Assembly (NCBI RefSeq): GCF_964355755.1
Contig: NC_092677.1
Span: 3,990,101-4,054,100, forward strand
Source of the DNA: Antedon mediterranea
Lineage: Eukaryota > Animalia > Echinodermata
Reading direction: 5' to 3'
Length of the DNA: 64,000 nucleotides
Under the pieces are notes generated by a model. It was not told where the DNA came from and searched no databases. It saw only the letters and a list, made by a program, of their open reading frames with translations. Below are positions 12,395 through 25,096 of this stretch, piece by piece; within the stretch, counting starts at the first letter, position 1; every line of letters begins with the position of its first letter. Position numbers and translations under genes: made by a program.

Positions 12395-13950
12395 ATAGCA
12401 TTCATCTTATGACTCATGCTGGTTCCCCAAGTACATCATCATTATATTAAGACTCATGCTGGTTTCCAAAGTACAGCATTCATTATGACTCATGGGATGC
12501 TGGTTTCCCAAGTACAGCATTCTCATGCTCCTAAGTACAGCATTCATTATATGACTCATGCTGGTTCCCCTTCTACCACCACATAATTACTTATGCTGGT
12601 TCATAAACTACCCCCACATCATACGGCGGTGTTTTATTACTCATGCTCTTAAGTACAGCATTCATTATATGACTCATGCTGGTTTCCCTACTACCACCAC
12701 ATAAATTACTTATGCTGGTTCATTAACTACCCCCAAATACGGCGATGTTTTATCACTATCACTCATCCTCTTAAGTACAGCATTCATTATATGACTCATG
12801 CTGCTTCCCATACTACCACCACATAAATTACTTATGCTGGTTCATACGCCGGTGTTTTATCACTCATCCTCTTACGTACAGCATTCATTATGACTCATGC
12901 TGGTTCCCATACTACCACCACATAATTACTTATGCTGGTTCATTAACTACCCCCACATACGGCGGTGTTTTATCACTCATCCTCTTAAGTACAGCATTCA
13001 TTATATGACTCATGCTGGTTTCACTACTACCACCACATAATTTCTTATGCTGGTTCATTACCTACCTCCACATACGGCGGTGTTTTATCACTCATGCCCT
13101 TAAGTACAGCATTCATTATATGACTCATGCTGGTTTCCCTACTACCACCACATAATTTCTTATGCTGGTTCATTAACCCTACTACCACCACATAATTTCT
13201 TATGCTGGTTCATTACCCACCCCCACATACGGCGGTGTTTTTATCACTCATGCTCTTAAGTACAGCATTCATTATATGACTCATGCTGGTTTCCCTACTA
13301 CCACCACATAATTTCTTATGCTGGTTCATTAACCCTACTACCACCACATAATTTCTTATGCTGGTTCATTACCCACCCCCACATACGGCGGTGTTTTTAT
13401 CACTCATGCTCTTAAGTACAGCATTCATTATATGACTCATGCTGGTTTCACTACTACCACCACATAATTTCTTATGCTGGTTCACCATTATATGACTACT
13501 ACCACCACATAATTTCTTATGCTGGTTCATTCATTATATTATGACTCATGCTGGTTCCCCTATTACCACCACATAATTACTTATGCTGGTTCATTAACCC
13601 TACTACCACCACATAATTTCTTATGCTGGTTCATTACCCACCCCCACATACGGCGGTGTTTTTATCACTCATGCTCTTAAGTACAGCATTCATTTTATGA
13701 CTCATGCTGGTTTCCCTACTACCACCACATAATTACTTATGCTGGTTCATTAACTACCCCCACATACGGCGGTGTTTTATCACTCATGCTCTTAAGTACA
13801 GCATTCATTATATGACTCATGCTGGTTATATGACTCATGCTGGTCCCCCTACTATCACCCCATACGGCGGTGGTGTCTTATCACCCTCCTCTAGGTACAG
13901 CATTTCATTAAATGACTCATGCTGGTTTCATTCTCTACCCCAATGCTGAC
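12395..13950. repeat. Modular minisatellite (~117-bp unit with ~40-bp submodules)
   Basis: Repeating ttaagtacagcattcattatatgactcatgctggtttccctactaccaccacataattacttatgctggttcattaactacccccacatacggcggtgttttatcactcatgctc with module duplications. Confidence 0.92.
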
Positions 13951-14082
13951 TTTTGTCTCCAATCTTTTATTCACTCCTTTAACATGGTTGCAGGGCCCTT
14001 TTCCCCTGCAACTTGATGATATCTGTCCACACACATTTTTCTTTCCGTCTTAATTGCACAAAGATTTTCTTACAGATACACC

Positions 14083-17000
14083 ATGTCAGGACGGAAAAGA
14101 ACTAACAAGAGGTAAAAAATACGGCACCAAAACAAAAAAAAGAAAAAAAGAACCGTGCCAGTACCTGAATTTGACATAAATAAGAATAAGATAAGATAAG
14201 ATAACTTTTATTGATCCTCAAAAAGGAAATTCATTGCTCGTCATAATAACAAAGAAAACACTATAAAAACAAATATAGCATAAAACCATTCATATAAAAA
14301 CATCTAAAAAATTACAAGATAAAATTATCTTCTTGACTTCCTGTGGTACTGGATGATACCGGAGGGAATAAAGGATTTAGCAAATCGATTTGTTTTCACA
14401 CTGAGGAGCCTCAATATACCACTTGGATTAAGTTGGTCTATGATCACTTTGTGGAGAGGATGAGAGGCATCCGACTCAATGCGTTCGAAATCTTTCTGGA
14501 GGTGTTCTAGGTGCACATCGGTAAAGGAAGGCAGTTCCAGACCAATCATTTTACCAGCCCGACGGATGAAAGTTTCAAGGCGTCCTTTATTCCATCCGGT
14601 AACATTACCAGCCCAACAGGAGAGGCAATACGTCCAAACACTACATATAACGGATCTATAGAACGAAAGTAACATCAAATCACAGGAGTTAAATTTATAT
14701 AAAGTTCTCATACAATACATTCTGGGACTTAATTTTTTGCTGATGAAGTCTATATGGTCTCCCCAACTCAGTTTATCATTGAAAACAATTCCTAGATACT
14801 TGTACTGGTCAACAATTTCAATTTCTTTACCTTTGATAGTGATTGGTTGAAAATTAAATTTATGTTTAGTCCTAAAATCAATGATCATCTCCTTTTTTTT
14901 TGATGCATTTATTTGGAGATAATTATCGTCACAAAATTTAACAAATCTTTGTATTTCGCTACGATAATTTTCATCATTGTTTGAAACTATGAGACCAATA
15001 GTACTAGTGTCATCAGCGAATTTAACAATGGGGCAAAGCTCATCATTTAAAGATCTGTAATCCGCCGTATACAAGGAATATAATTTAGGTGCGTTGACAG
15101 TACCCTGAGGAACACCGGTGTCAGAGGTTACGATTTCTGACTTAACACCATTAATATTAACAAATTGTTTTCTATCACAAATGAAATTTAAAACTAAACG
15201 AACAATCGGACGGGGAAACTCCATATTCAACATTTTGTCTGCTAAGATATGGGGTTGTATGGTATTAAACGCAGATTGAAAATCAAAATACATAATACGT
15301 GCCGAGTGGCCTTTCTTTACATTATCTAGATGTGAATACAATTTATGTAATTTAAAATAAATAATAATAAATAAATAAATAAATAATATAATAAATCGCA
15401 TCACTGGTACTACGGAGTGATCGGTAAGCAAATTGCAACGGGTCTAACACTTTTTCAGCATAAGGTTGCATAATTTTTAAAATAATACGTTCCAATATTT
15501 TCATCGCGACAGACGTGAGTGCAACGGGTCTCAAATCATTCATGCTGTTAATCTTAGGTTTCTTAGGTACCGGTATTATGCATGAAAGTTTCCAAATATC
15601 CGGGAACGCATGATAAGAAAGACACATATTGAAAATAAATGTAAATATACCATCAAGGTGAGGAGAGCAGACCTTAAGTACTCGTGGTGGGATTCTATCC
15701 GGCCCAGCAGCCTTCGATGAATTGAGTTTCATGAATTCGTTATGTACATCAGAAATACTTATACTAAATTTGGGATCATCTTCAGTCACCCGACACAAGC
15801 TAAATAGAGCCTCTCTTTCTTTTTTAAAATCATGAACATTAAAACGGTTATAAAATTCATTTAACTCATTAACATATTGCACAGTAACATTCGGAATCGA
15901 GGGTGTATTATTATTATTAGACCTGAAGTTATGTTCAACTTTTTTCCTATAAATGTTCTTCTGTTTCATTATTTCAGATTTAATCTCTCTAGTCAATATT
16001 TTCATACGATTAGAGTCGCCCATCTTAAAGGCTTTACGTTTCTCACACAACAGTAATTTAACGCCTTTCGTGATCCATGGCTTGTTGTTAGGGTAGATTT
16101 TCACTTTTTTAACTGGAACGCATTTATCAATACAAAAGTTTATGTACGAGCTCACTGCATAAGTAATACTATTCAAATCTTCATCCTCCGTAAAAATATC
16201 CCAATCGGTAGATTCAAATTCCGCTATCAGGGCTTCCTCGGCTTCAGGAGACCATTTACGTACATTAATAATTTTTGGTTGGCATGTCTTATTTAACGGG
16301 CGATATTTAGGACTGAGTAAAATCAAATTATGATCAGATTTGCCCAAGTTCGGTAGTGGGGTCGAAATATAGGCATCCTTCACACTAGAGTAGCATAAAT
16401 CAAGAATCGCGTTGTCCCTCGTTTTACATGTAACATGCTGATAATAAGTGGCCGTTGTTTTCTTGAGCTTGCATCTGTTGAAATCGCCATTGATAATTAC
16501 AAGCGCCTCAGGGTGACTACACTCAATACCTTCGATAATTTCTGCGATCTCATTTATAGCAGGCTTTTCAAGCTTTTTGTTAGGTATGTATACCATAACA
16601 TTGATAACATGCGAGAACTCTCTCGGAAGATAGTAGGGGCGAATACCAACAACCAGCACTTCCGAGTGTGGCGAACATTTATGAAGCTTAAGCGTAGAGT
16701 TATTTGGATGACAGTATTTCTCATTAATGTAGAGGCAAAGACCACCACCGCCATCTTTGTTCGCTTCGGCTGTACGATCCCCACGAACAGATTTAAAGCC
16801 AACTACTTGAATATGTTGATCGCTATGCTTATCGCTCAGGTGGGTTTCCGTGAATGCAAGTAAGCTGGCATTCCTAAAATCGCTGAAGTGTTCGACGTTT
16901 GCTCTGAGTAAATCGACTTTGTTATTCAAAGATCTTACATTTCCAAATATTAAAGATGGTATAAAAGGCTTACATTTCCTTCGTTGTAGTCGCTTTCTGA

Positions 17001-17945
17001 CCCCACCAGCCTTGCCCCTTTTCCGAAGCCTGCGACGTTGTATCTCAGATGGTAATTCAACGTGTGCCGGTAGCGGTGAGGTCGCCCATGGAATGCAAAT
17101 CAGATGACGTGTACGCAATTCCACCGCCCGGCTTACTCAATCCACACAGTAAAAACAGCCAAAATATCAGCAAAAAATACAGAAATTTCAAAACTTTCAC
17201 ATACAACATAATGTATAAATCAAATGACTACTTCCACAATACAATACAGTCCAAATATACGAAAATAACGTCAAAAAATGAGTAACAATAGTGAGACAAT
17301 GAGACGAGCTGTGTCGCCGTGTTGCACAGCGCCACTTGTTGAATTAAAGGACATGAGGCATATCGTCGAAACCCTGGTAACTTCTGTGGTTGAGATTAAT
17401 GTCGGTAAGCCGAACCTACCGGCAGCTCTCTTCCTCAAACCCCCTACCTTGTCAAAAACTTAAAGAGAAAATAATCTCCCACAAATTCATCGAGCTGCAC
17501 AATCTGCTCGACTTTAACAGCGCAGCGGAAGCTTTGACGCTAACGTTCACTGGTACCTTTGAACTTGTGCCTAAGCCCAAATGCCGCATCTTAAACGAAC
17601 ACAACTGGCACTAGGCCTTTCACGACTTTGCCACAGTTTTATTTAAGTAAATATACGCAGGACATCTTAAATTATTTTAAGTATATTAAATACCTCATGT
17701 GCAGTCATCCAAATTAATGGTACTTTTACGACTGATAATTTCGAATGGCTACTGAGTACACACTTTGCTCTTGGTCATCGGTTTGAGCCGACCTCCTGCA
17801 TAAACTAGACGCAACGAGCTAACCATAAACCTCTAACCCATCCAACCGTGGAGCGTCCACTCGGCTTCTCCTACCATAACAGATTCAATAGATGTGTCCA
17901 GACAAACTGTCAGTATCGCCACTCGTTTTTCAGTGCTCGGGATCC
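14083..17945 (+). pseudogene. Ngaro gag-like ORF remnant, split by the LINE at 14178-17337
   Basis: Basic N-terminus (MSGRKRTNKR...KKKKKRTVPVPEFD) at 14083-14177; resumes at ~17338 (VELKDMRHIV...KLKEKIISHKFIELHNLL...NWH*AFHDFATV) and a C-terminal Cys/His knuckle remnant (RFNRCVQTNCQYRH) near 17880-17945. Confidence 0.6.
14178..17337 (-). mobile_element. Near full-length Rex1/Babar-type non-LTR retrotransposon (single APE-RT ORF), nested in Ngaro gag
   Basis: ORF 15352-17124 (RRLRKRGKAGG...FGNVRSLNNK, FTETHL, GDFN, SDH, DLRPVALTS, QFAYR) continued by 14325-15431 (YFDFQSAFNTI, GVPQG, FADDT); frameshift at an AT-microsatellite ~15351-15395; 3' tail (TTATC/TTATTC)n at 14178-14205. Confidence 0.9.
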
Positions 17946-17959
17946 CAATAATTCCCACT

Positions 17960-19400
17960 AGAATAAGCGCACTCCTATCTGGTTACAAACACCACGCTTA
18001 CTTAACCCAATGTTTCGCTCATGGCTTCTACCTTACATGGGGCTGTTTTTACAGCAACTAACTCCCAAGCTATCATCAACAACCTTCTGGAAATTCCGTA
18101 CCTGAAAAATGTCGTATCCTCCACAACCTCTCCTATCCCTACGACTCAAACGCTGTCAATCACAACATCCCTGGGTTTTGCATAACAGTTCATTACGAAA
18201 CAATTGCCAACGCAATAGACATAATTGACATACACAATCACCCGGCATTCATGGCTAAGACGGACACCAGTGACGCATACAGACTAATACATTTACATCC
18301 CACTCAATATCACCTCACAGGTTTCACGTGGTTAGGCCAATATTACTACGATAAAACGCTTCCCCAAGGCGGCGGATCTTCGTGTATAATATTCAATAAG
18401 TTTTTCTGACGGAGTGAAATTTTTCCTTATAAAAAAGTTAAAACAGCCCAATAACGTGAAAATATTAGACGACATCCTCGTCATTGAAGACACACACCAA
18501 CTGTGTGCGAACTCCTTGAAGATATCCAAGGCGCTTGCTGACCGCGGTGGCATACCTCTAGCACCGCACAAAACAATTTCACCCACCACCACCATTTCTT
18601 TTCTGGGTATTGAACTTGATTTACAGAAAATGTAAGACAGGCTTCCATCTGAGATAATAAAATTACGTTACTCCCTTTAAAGTTCAAAACTTCACTCAAC
18701 TACATTGAGAGCCCTCCAATCTCTTTGAAAAGCTACAATTTGCCACCTGGGTTATACCCTCTGGACTGGCGTTCCTAAGAAGGCTTAATGCCCTAACGGC
18801 CGGTCTAACTAACCCCCCCTTTTCAACTATTCACCTTTCTGACTCAGCAAAAGAGGATCTCCAAATTTGGGCTGACTTTCTTAGCAAACACAATGGCGTT
18901 ACCATTTTTCACCCCCACAAAAATTTGACTCGCAGCGTTTACATTTCTCCTCTGTTGCCTCAAAAACCGCACTTGGTGCGACCTTCCAAAAGTTCTGGAT
19001 TCAAGGCCGCTGGCCGGAATCTTGGAAAATGTTCGACATCATGGTTCTCGAAATTTACCCCATCTATGTCATGCTTTCGATTTTTGCAAAACAGCTAGCC
19101 AACACCCATGTAGTTTTCCACTGTGATAACCTAGCTGATGTATATGTGCTTAACAAAAAATCGTCATCAAACGAAAAGGTCATGAGAGTGGTTCGCGCTA
19201 TCGTCCTTTTGTTACTACTAAACAACATTCAGTTTACAGCCAGGCACATCCCTGGTAAGCAAAACAGGATATGTGACGCTCTTTCTCGTTTTCAGGAAAC
19301 GGAGGCCATGCTAGAGGAGCACAGTATGAACCGCACACCGCTAAAGATACCAAAGCACTTACAACCAATCTACTTCGAACCACTAAACAACTCAAGATCC
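17960..19400 (+). pseudogene. Ngaro reverse transcriptase + RNase H remnant
   Basis: RILHNLSYP...AFMAKTDTSDAYRLI.LHP...FTWLGQYYYDKTLPQG...ILDDIL...FLGIELD; RNase H LEIYPI...FHCDN...HIPGKQNRICDALSR; several stops/frameshifts. Confidence 0.88.
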
Positions 19401-20053
19401 TCACACGAGAGCTAATGTGGAACTCATTAAGCAAATGAACCGCTAGTAACTATAAAAGCAAATTGCACCATTTTAACCAATTCAGGAAATCACTAAGCCT
19501 TCCGCTACCAGCGACTCCACAGACAATTGTTCTCTATGTAAGTAAGCTGACTAAAAATGCACTGGCGATTTCCACGATTCGAAACTACCTTAGCCCAGTG
19601 TCATTCGTGCACAGGGTATCATTTATGGAAGACCTTACCGCAAATCCAGCAGTCAGCAATTTATGCAGAGGAGTAGCGAAACAAAAAACGAACTCTCCAT
19701 CCAAACCGATCAGACCGCAGGTCACCTCCGACATTCTTGTAACGCTAATTGGACATATGCGAGGTAGCATGAAATCCAAATACAAATTCATCCAATACAG
19801 AGCCTTGTTCATAATATGTTACTTCGCATGCCTCGGAGCCAGTGAAGCAGTAGTCTCCAAAGCCGCAGAACACACACTATTATGCTATAAACAATTAGCT
19901 CGCCATGCTAGTCTGGAACATACACAGTTTAACACTCATTCTTTCAGAATCGGTCGAGCTACCGACCTTCACCAACTTGGACACTCTCACCAAGACATTA
20001 TGATTTTTGGACGATGGTCGAACCACATAACTTTGTCAAATACAGCGTTGTAA
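19400..20053 (+). pseudogene. Ngaro tyrosine recombinase remnant
   Basis: N-terminal SAM-like part (STIRNYL..VSFVH), box I degenerate (ACLGASE, catalytic R lost), HSFRIGRAT and GRWS motifs, terminal Tyr out of frame; internal deletion. Confidence 0.85.
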
Positions 20054-20177
20054 ATATGGGTGCTGGCTGGTTGGCATATTTCCTAAAGCATGACTGGGTA
20101 TTAAGCGTCAAGCTTAAACAAAGTTTGATACTTATTTTTTCTGTATATCGTTTTACTTATTTCATTTTGTTTTCTTT

Positions 20178-20622
20178 CGGTGACAGAATAGGTTGCACCG
20201 CCAATTATAATCATATGTTCAATTGGAGTCAACACGTTGCTCCAGGTAGACTAATAAGTTATTTATATGTTTTCGGTGTCAACATGGTTGCACCGTTTAT
20301 TAAACTCAATTCTCAAACGCGTACTGGAGTCAACACATGTTGCCCCAGGCAGACTAATGTAGATTGTTTCTAGACGTTTTTCGGTGCCAACATTTGGTTG
20401 CACTGCCTACCTAATTAAAATGTTTAAACACGTACTGGAGTCAACACATGTTGCTCCAGGTAGACTAATGTAGGTGTTTCTATACGTTTTTCGATGTCAA
20501 TATTTGGTTGCTCCACCTATCAGGCGCTAATGGTTAACCGGGTACTGGAGTCAACACATGTTGCTCCAGGTAGACTATGTAGATAGTTTCTATACGTTCT
20601 GGGTGTCAACATATGTTGCACC
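20178..20622 (+). repeat. Tandem array (~100-110 bp unit) of bulged stem-loops in the Ngaro 3' region
   Basis: Alternating GGTG-T-CAAC-loop-GTTG-CACC and GGAG-T-CAAC-loop-GTTG-CTCC hairpins, nine in total. Confidence 0.8.
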
Positions 20623-23600
20623 ATCATCTGAATGGCTTGTCATCGGTTCTACCTGCACTTAATTTGGGCTGCTTCGTTGGCTCCTTCGTTGCCAACTGTG
20701 TTGGCCCTTTCAGAGCATCCCAATGTTCCTTTTTTATGTTTTCCTTTTACGTGCATGCTGCAACGATGACTTGCCATTCATATTAAATAACTTTACAACC
20801 AATACTAGTTTCCTTGTTTTTGCTTATCATGCTCACATGTGTCAAAATCACGTGATTGCGGGGCGCCCTCGCAATCATCTTTTGACAGCGTGAGCATCTC
20901 ATCCTTTTCACCTCACGCTGTCAACAGATTACCACGCCAGTTTTTGGCTAAGTAAAATAATTTTCACTTCCTTCCCTCCACTCCCTCTTTATTTTGTTTT
21001 CAATTACGATTTTGAGACATGTGTTTTGGCCCTTTCAGAGCATCCCAATGTTCCTTTTTTTATGTTTTCCTTTTACGTGCATGCTGCAACGATGACTTGC
21101 CATTCATATTAAATAACTTTACAACCAATACTTGTTTCCTTGTTTTTGTTTATCGGGCTCACATGTGTCAAAATATAACTTCTGCACCCGATAATACTTA
21201 TTGACTGACCATGATAGATATGTGGTAGTGTTATGTCGCTAGGTACTCTTCGTTATGCATGATTAGTTTATAAGATCTATTACGTAATGTACCGGTGTAT
21301 ATTAATATTTACAAACTGGCCATCGTTTTTCTAAGTAATTTTTATTTTAATTAGAATTCCAGACAGCATTATTATAGTAGTAACAGAACATAATATTTAT
21401 AAAAGTAAATGTATTCGTAATCACCAGGCACTACTAATAACTATATGATATATAAAAGTCACATTTTCTTTCAATTTAAAGGAAAGAGAAAGTGCAATTG
21501 TCTTTGAGAATTCAACACTTTCCTACCGTTATATCCAGTTTCCTGATGTTTTCAAGATATCTTTTTTTTTCAAAACTAGAAAGGAGGATCTTTAATTTTG
21601 GAGTGTATTATTACTCTTAAAATATTTTTAAATTAAGAATACACTGTTCATCATTTTGTTAAAAAATAAAAAATATCGACTGTTTAAAATATGCATTGAG
21701 AGGTAACATGCGCATACCATATTATGTGCGTCTGCACATGCAATTTTTTGGTAACATGCGCAGACCACATTATTTGATTATACGCATGTTCAGTTATGAC
21801 ACAAAAGTAGGGGTCGACAAATGGCCATATATGCGCATATATTGTGTTATCAACATCTTATAGAGACATAGTTACTTGTTATGTCAACAAATATAAGAGT
21901 CGAAATTTGGCCATTTTTCGAAAAATTGCCAAAATATCTACTTTCTAAAAAATAGCATAGTACAGGAATTTTTGCGCACTTTTTAAAATAATCTTATTAT
22001 GCAATAATATTGCTATATATGCGCATATATTGCGTTATAATCATCTTATAGACCTATAGTAACCATTTATGTCAAAAAATAAAAAGGTCGAAATTTTGCC
22101 ATTTTTGGAAAAAAAAACCTGTACTATAGTACAGGGAAATTTTCGAAAAGTTACCATTTATCGACCCTTTTATTTTTGGACATTAATGGTTACTATATTC
22201 ATGGAGACTTATTTCTCCATGCTATAGCATAATAAACATGCGCAGAGTCGAATAATGTGTTCTGCGCATGTCAATTATGCTATAGTAACCAGCCCTTTTA
22301 TTTTTTGACATAAATGGTTACTATAGCGTAATAAACATGCGCAGAGTCGAATAATTGGTTCTGAGCGTGTCAATTATGCTATAGTAACCAGCCCTTTTAT
22401 TTTTTGACATAAATGGTTACTATAGCATAATAAACATGCGCAGAGTCGAATAATGTGTTCTGCGCATGTCAATTATGCCATAGTAACCAGTTTTATGGAA
22501 AAATAAAAAGGTAGAAATTTGGCCATTTTTTAAAAAAAAACCTGTACTATAGTACAGGGAAATTTTCGAAAAATTACCATTTTTTTCGACCCGTTTATTT
22601 TTTAACATAAATGGTTACTATAGCATAATAAACATGCGCAGAGTCGAATAATTGGTTCTGCGCATGCCAATTATGCTATAGTAAGCAGCCCTTTTATTTT
22701 GTGACATAAATGCTTACTATAGCATAATAAACATGCGCAGAGTCAAATAATGTGTTCTGCGCATGTCAATTATGCTATAGTAACCAGTTTTATCGAAAAA
22801 TAAAAAGGTACAAATTTGACCGTTTAAAAAAAAAAAACCCTGTAGTATAGTACAGGGAAATTTTCGAAAAATTACCATTTTTCGACCCTTTTATTTTTGG
22901 ACATAAATGGTTACTATAGCATAATAAACATGCGCAGTGTCGAATAATTTGTTCTGCGCATGTCAATTATGCTATAGTAACCAGCCCTTTTATTTTGTGA
23001 CATAAATGGTTACTATAGCATAATAAACATGCGCAGAGTCGAATAATGTGTTCTGCACATGTCAATTATGCTATAGTAACCAGTTTTATCGAAAAATAAA
23101 AAGGTCGAAATTTGGCAATTTTTTGAAAAAACCCTGTACTTTAGTAACAGGGAAATTTTCGAAAAATTGCCATTTTTCGACCCTTTTATTTTGTGACATA
23201 AATGGTTACTATAGCATAATAAACATGCGCAGAGTCGAATAATGTGTTCTACGCATGTCAATTATGCTATAGTAACCAGTTTTATCGAAAAATAAAAAGG
23301 TTGAAATTTGGCCATTTTTTTAAAAAACCCTTTACTATAGTACAGGGAAATTTTCGAAAAATTGCCATTTTTCGACCATTTTATTTTTGGACATAAATGG
23401 TTACTATAGCATAATAAACATGCGCAGAGTCGAATAATTGGTTCTACGCATGTCAATTATGCTATAGTAACCAGCCCTTTTATTTTTTGACATAAATGGT
23501 TACTATAGCATAATAAACATGCGCAGAGTCGAATAATGTGTTCTACGCATGTCAATTATGCTATAGTAACCAGTTTTATCGAAAAATAAAAAGGTCGAAA

Positions 23601-25096
23601 TTTGGCCATTTTTTTAAAAAACCCTTTATTATAGTACAGGGAAATTTTCGAAAAATTGCCATTTTTCGACCCTTTTATTTTTGGACACAAATGGTTACTA
23701 TAGCATAATAAACATGCGCAGAGTCGAATAATTGGTTCTACGCATGTCAATTATGCTATAGTAACCAGCCCTTTTATTTTTTGACATAAATGGTTACTAT
23801 AGCATAATAAACACGCGCAGAGTCGAATAATGTGTTCTACGCATGTCAATTATGCTATAGTAACCAGTTTTATCAAAAAATAAAAAGGTCGAAATTTTGC
23901 CATTTTTAAAAAAAAAAACCTGTACTATAGTACAGGGAAATTTTCGAAAAATTGCCATTTTTCGACCCTTTTATTTTTGGACATAAATGGTTACTATAGC
24001 ATAATAAACATGCGCAAAGTCGAATAATTGTTTCTGCGCATGTCAATTATGCTATTGTAACCAGCACTTTTATTTTTTGACATAAATGGTTACTATAGCA
24101 TAATAAACATGCGCAGAGTCGAATAATGTTTTCTACGCATGTCAATTATGCTATAGTAACCAGTTTTATCGAAAAATAAAAAGGTCGAAATTCGTCCATT
24201 TTTTTTTTTAAAACCCTGTACTATAGTACAGGGAAATTTTCGAAAAATTGCCATTTTTTGACCATTTTATTTTTGGACATAAATGGTTACTATAGCATAA
24301 TAAACATGCGCAGAGTCGAATAATGTGTTCTACGCATGTCAATTATGCTATAGTAACCAGTTTTATCGAAAAATAAAAAGGTCGAAATTTGGCCATTTTT
24401 TTAGAAAAAACCTGTACTATAGTACAGGGAAATTTTCGAAAAATTGCCATTTTTCGACCCTTTTATTTTTGGACATAAATGGTTACTATAGCATAATAAA
24501 CATGCGCAAAGTCGAATAATTGTTTCTGCGCATGTCAATTATGCTATTGTAACCAGCACTTTTATTTTTTGACATAAATGGTTACTATAGCATAATAAAC
24601 ATGCGCAGAGTCGAATAATGTTTTCTACGCATGTCAATTATGCTATAGTAACCAGTTTTATCGAAAAATAAAAAGGTCGAAATTCGTCCATTTTTTTTTT
24701 TAAAACCCTGTACTATAGTACAGGGAAATTTTCGAAAAATTACCATTTTTCGACCATTTTATTTTTGGACATAAATGGTTACTATAGCATAATAAACATG
24801 CGCAAAGTCGAATAATTGGTTCTGCGCATGTCAATTATGCTATAGTAACCAGCACTTTTATTTTTTGACATAAATCGTTACTATAGCATAATAAACATGC
24901 ACAGAGTCGAATAATGTGTTCTACGCATGTCAATTATGCTATAGTAACCAGCCCTTTTATTTTGTGACATAAATGGTTACAATAGCATAATAAGCATGCG
25001 CAGAGTCGAATAATGTGTTCTGCGCATGTCAATTATGCTATAGTAACCAGTTTTATCGAAAAATAAAAAGGTCGAAATTTGGCCATTTTTTGAAAA

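Larger units (their letters stand above)
10536..21174 (+). mobile_element. Ngaro-type (DIRS order) tyrosine-recombinase retrotransposon with split direct repeats, decayed, carrying nested insertions
   Basis: A1 (10536-10574) ... B1 (20697-20848) A2 (20847-21019) B2 (21020-21174) split-direct-repeat layout; remnants of SGNH hydrolase, gag, RT, RNase H and YR on the + strand in between. Confidence 0.88.

Noticed and set aside
12395-13950. CRISPR-like repeat/spacer array
   Set aside because: Inter-repeat segments are themselves repeated, no cas genes, and the context is eukaryotic.
20178-20622. Hammerhead/twister ribozyme array
   Set aside because: No CUGANGA...GAAA core in the correct arrangement and no twister core recognised on either strand.
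22199-22222. Small hairpin catggaga...tctccatg interrupting a satellite monomer
   Set aside because: Could be a transposon footprint, but flanks give no clean TSD and it is too short to support.
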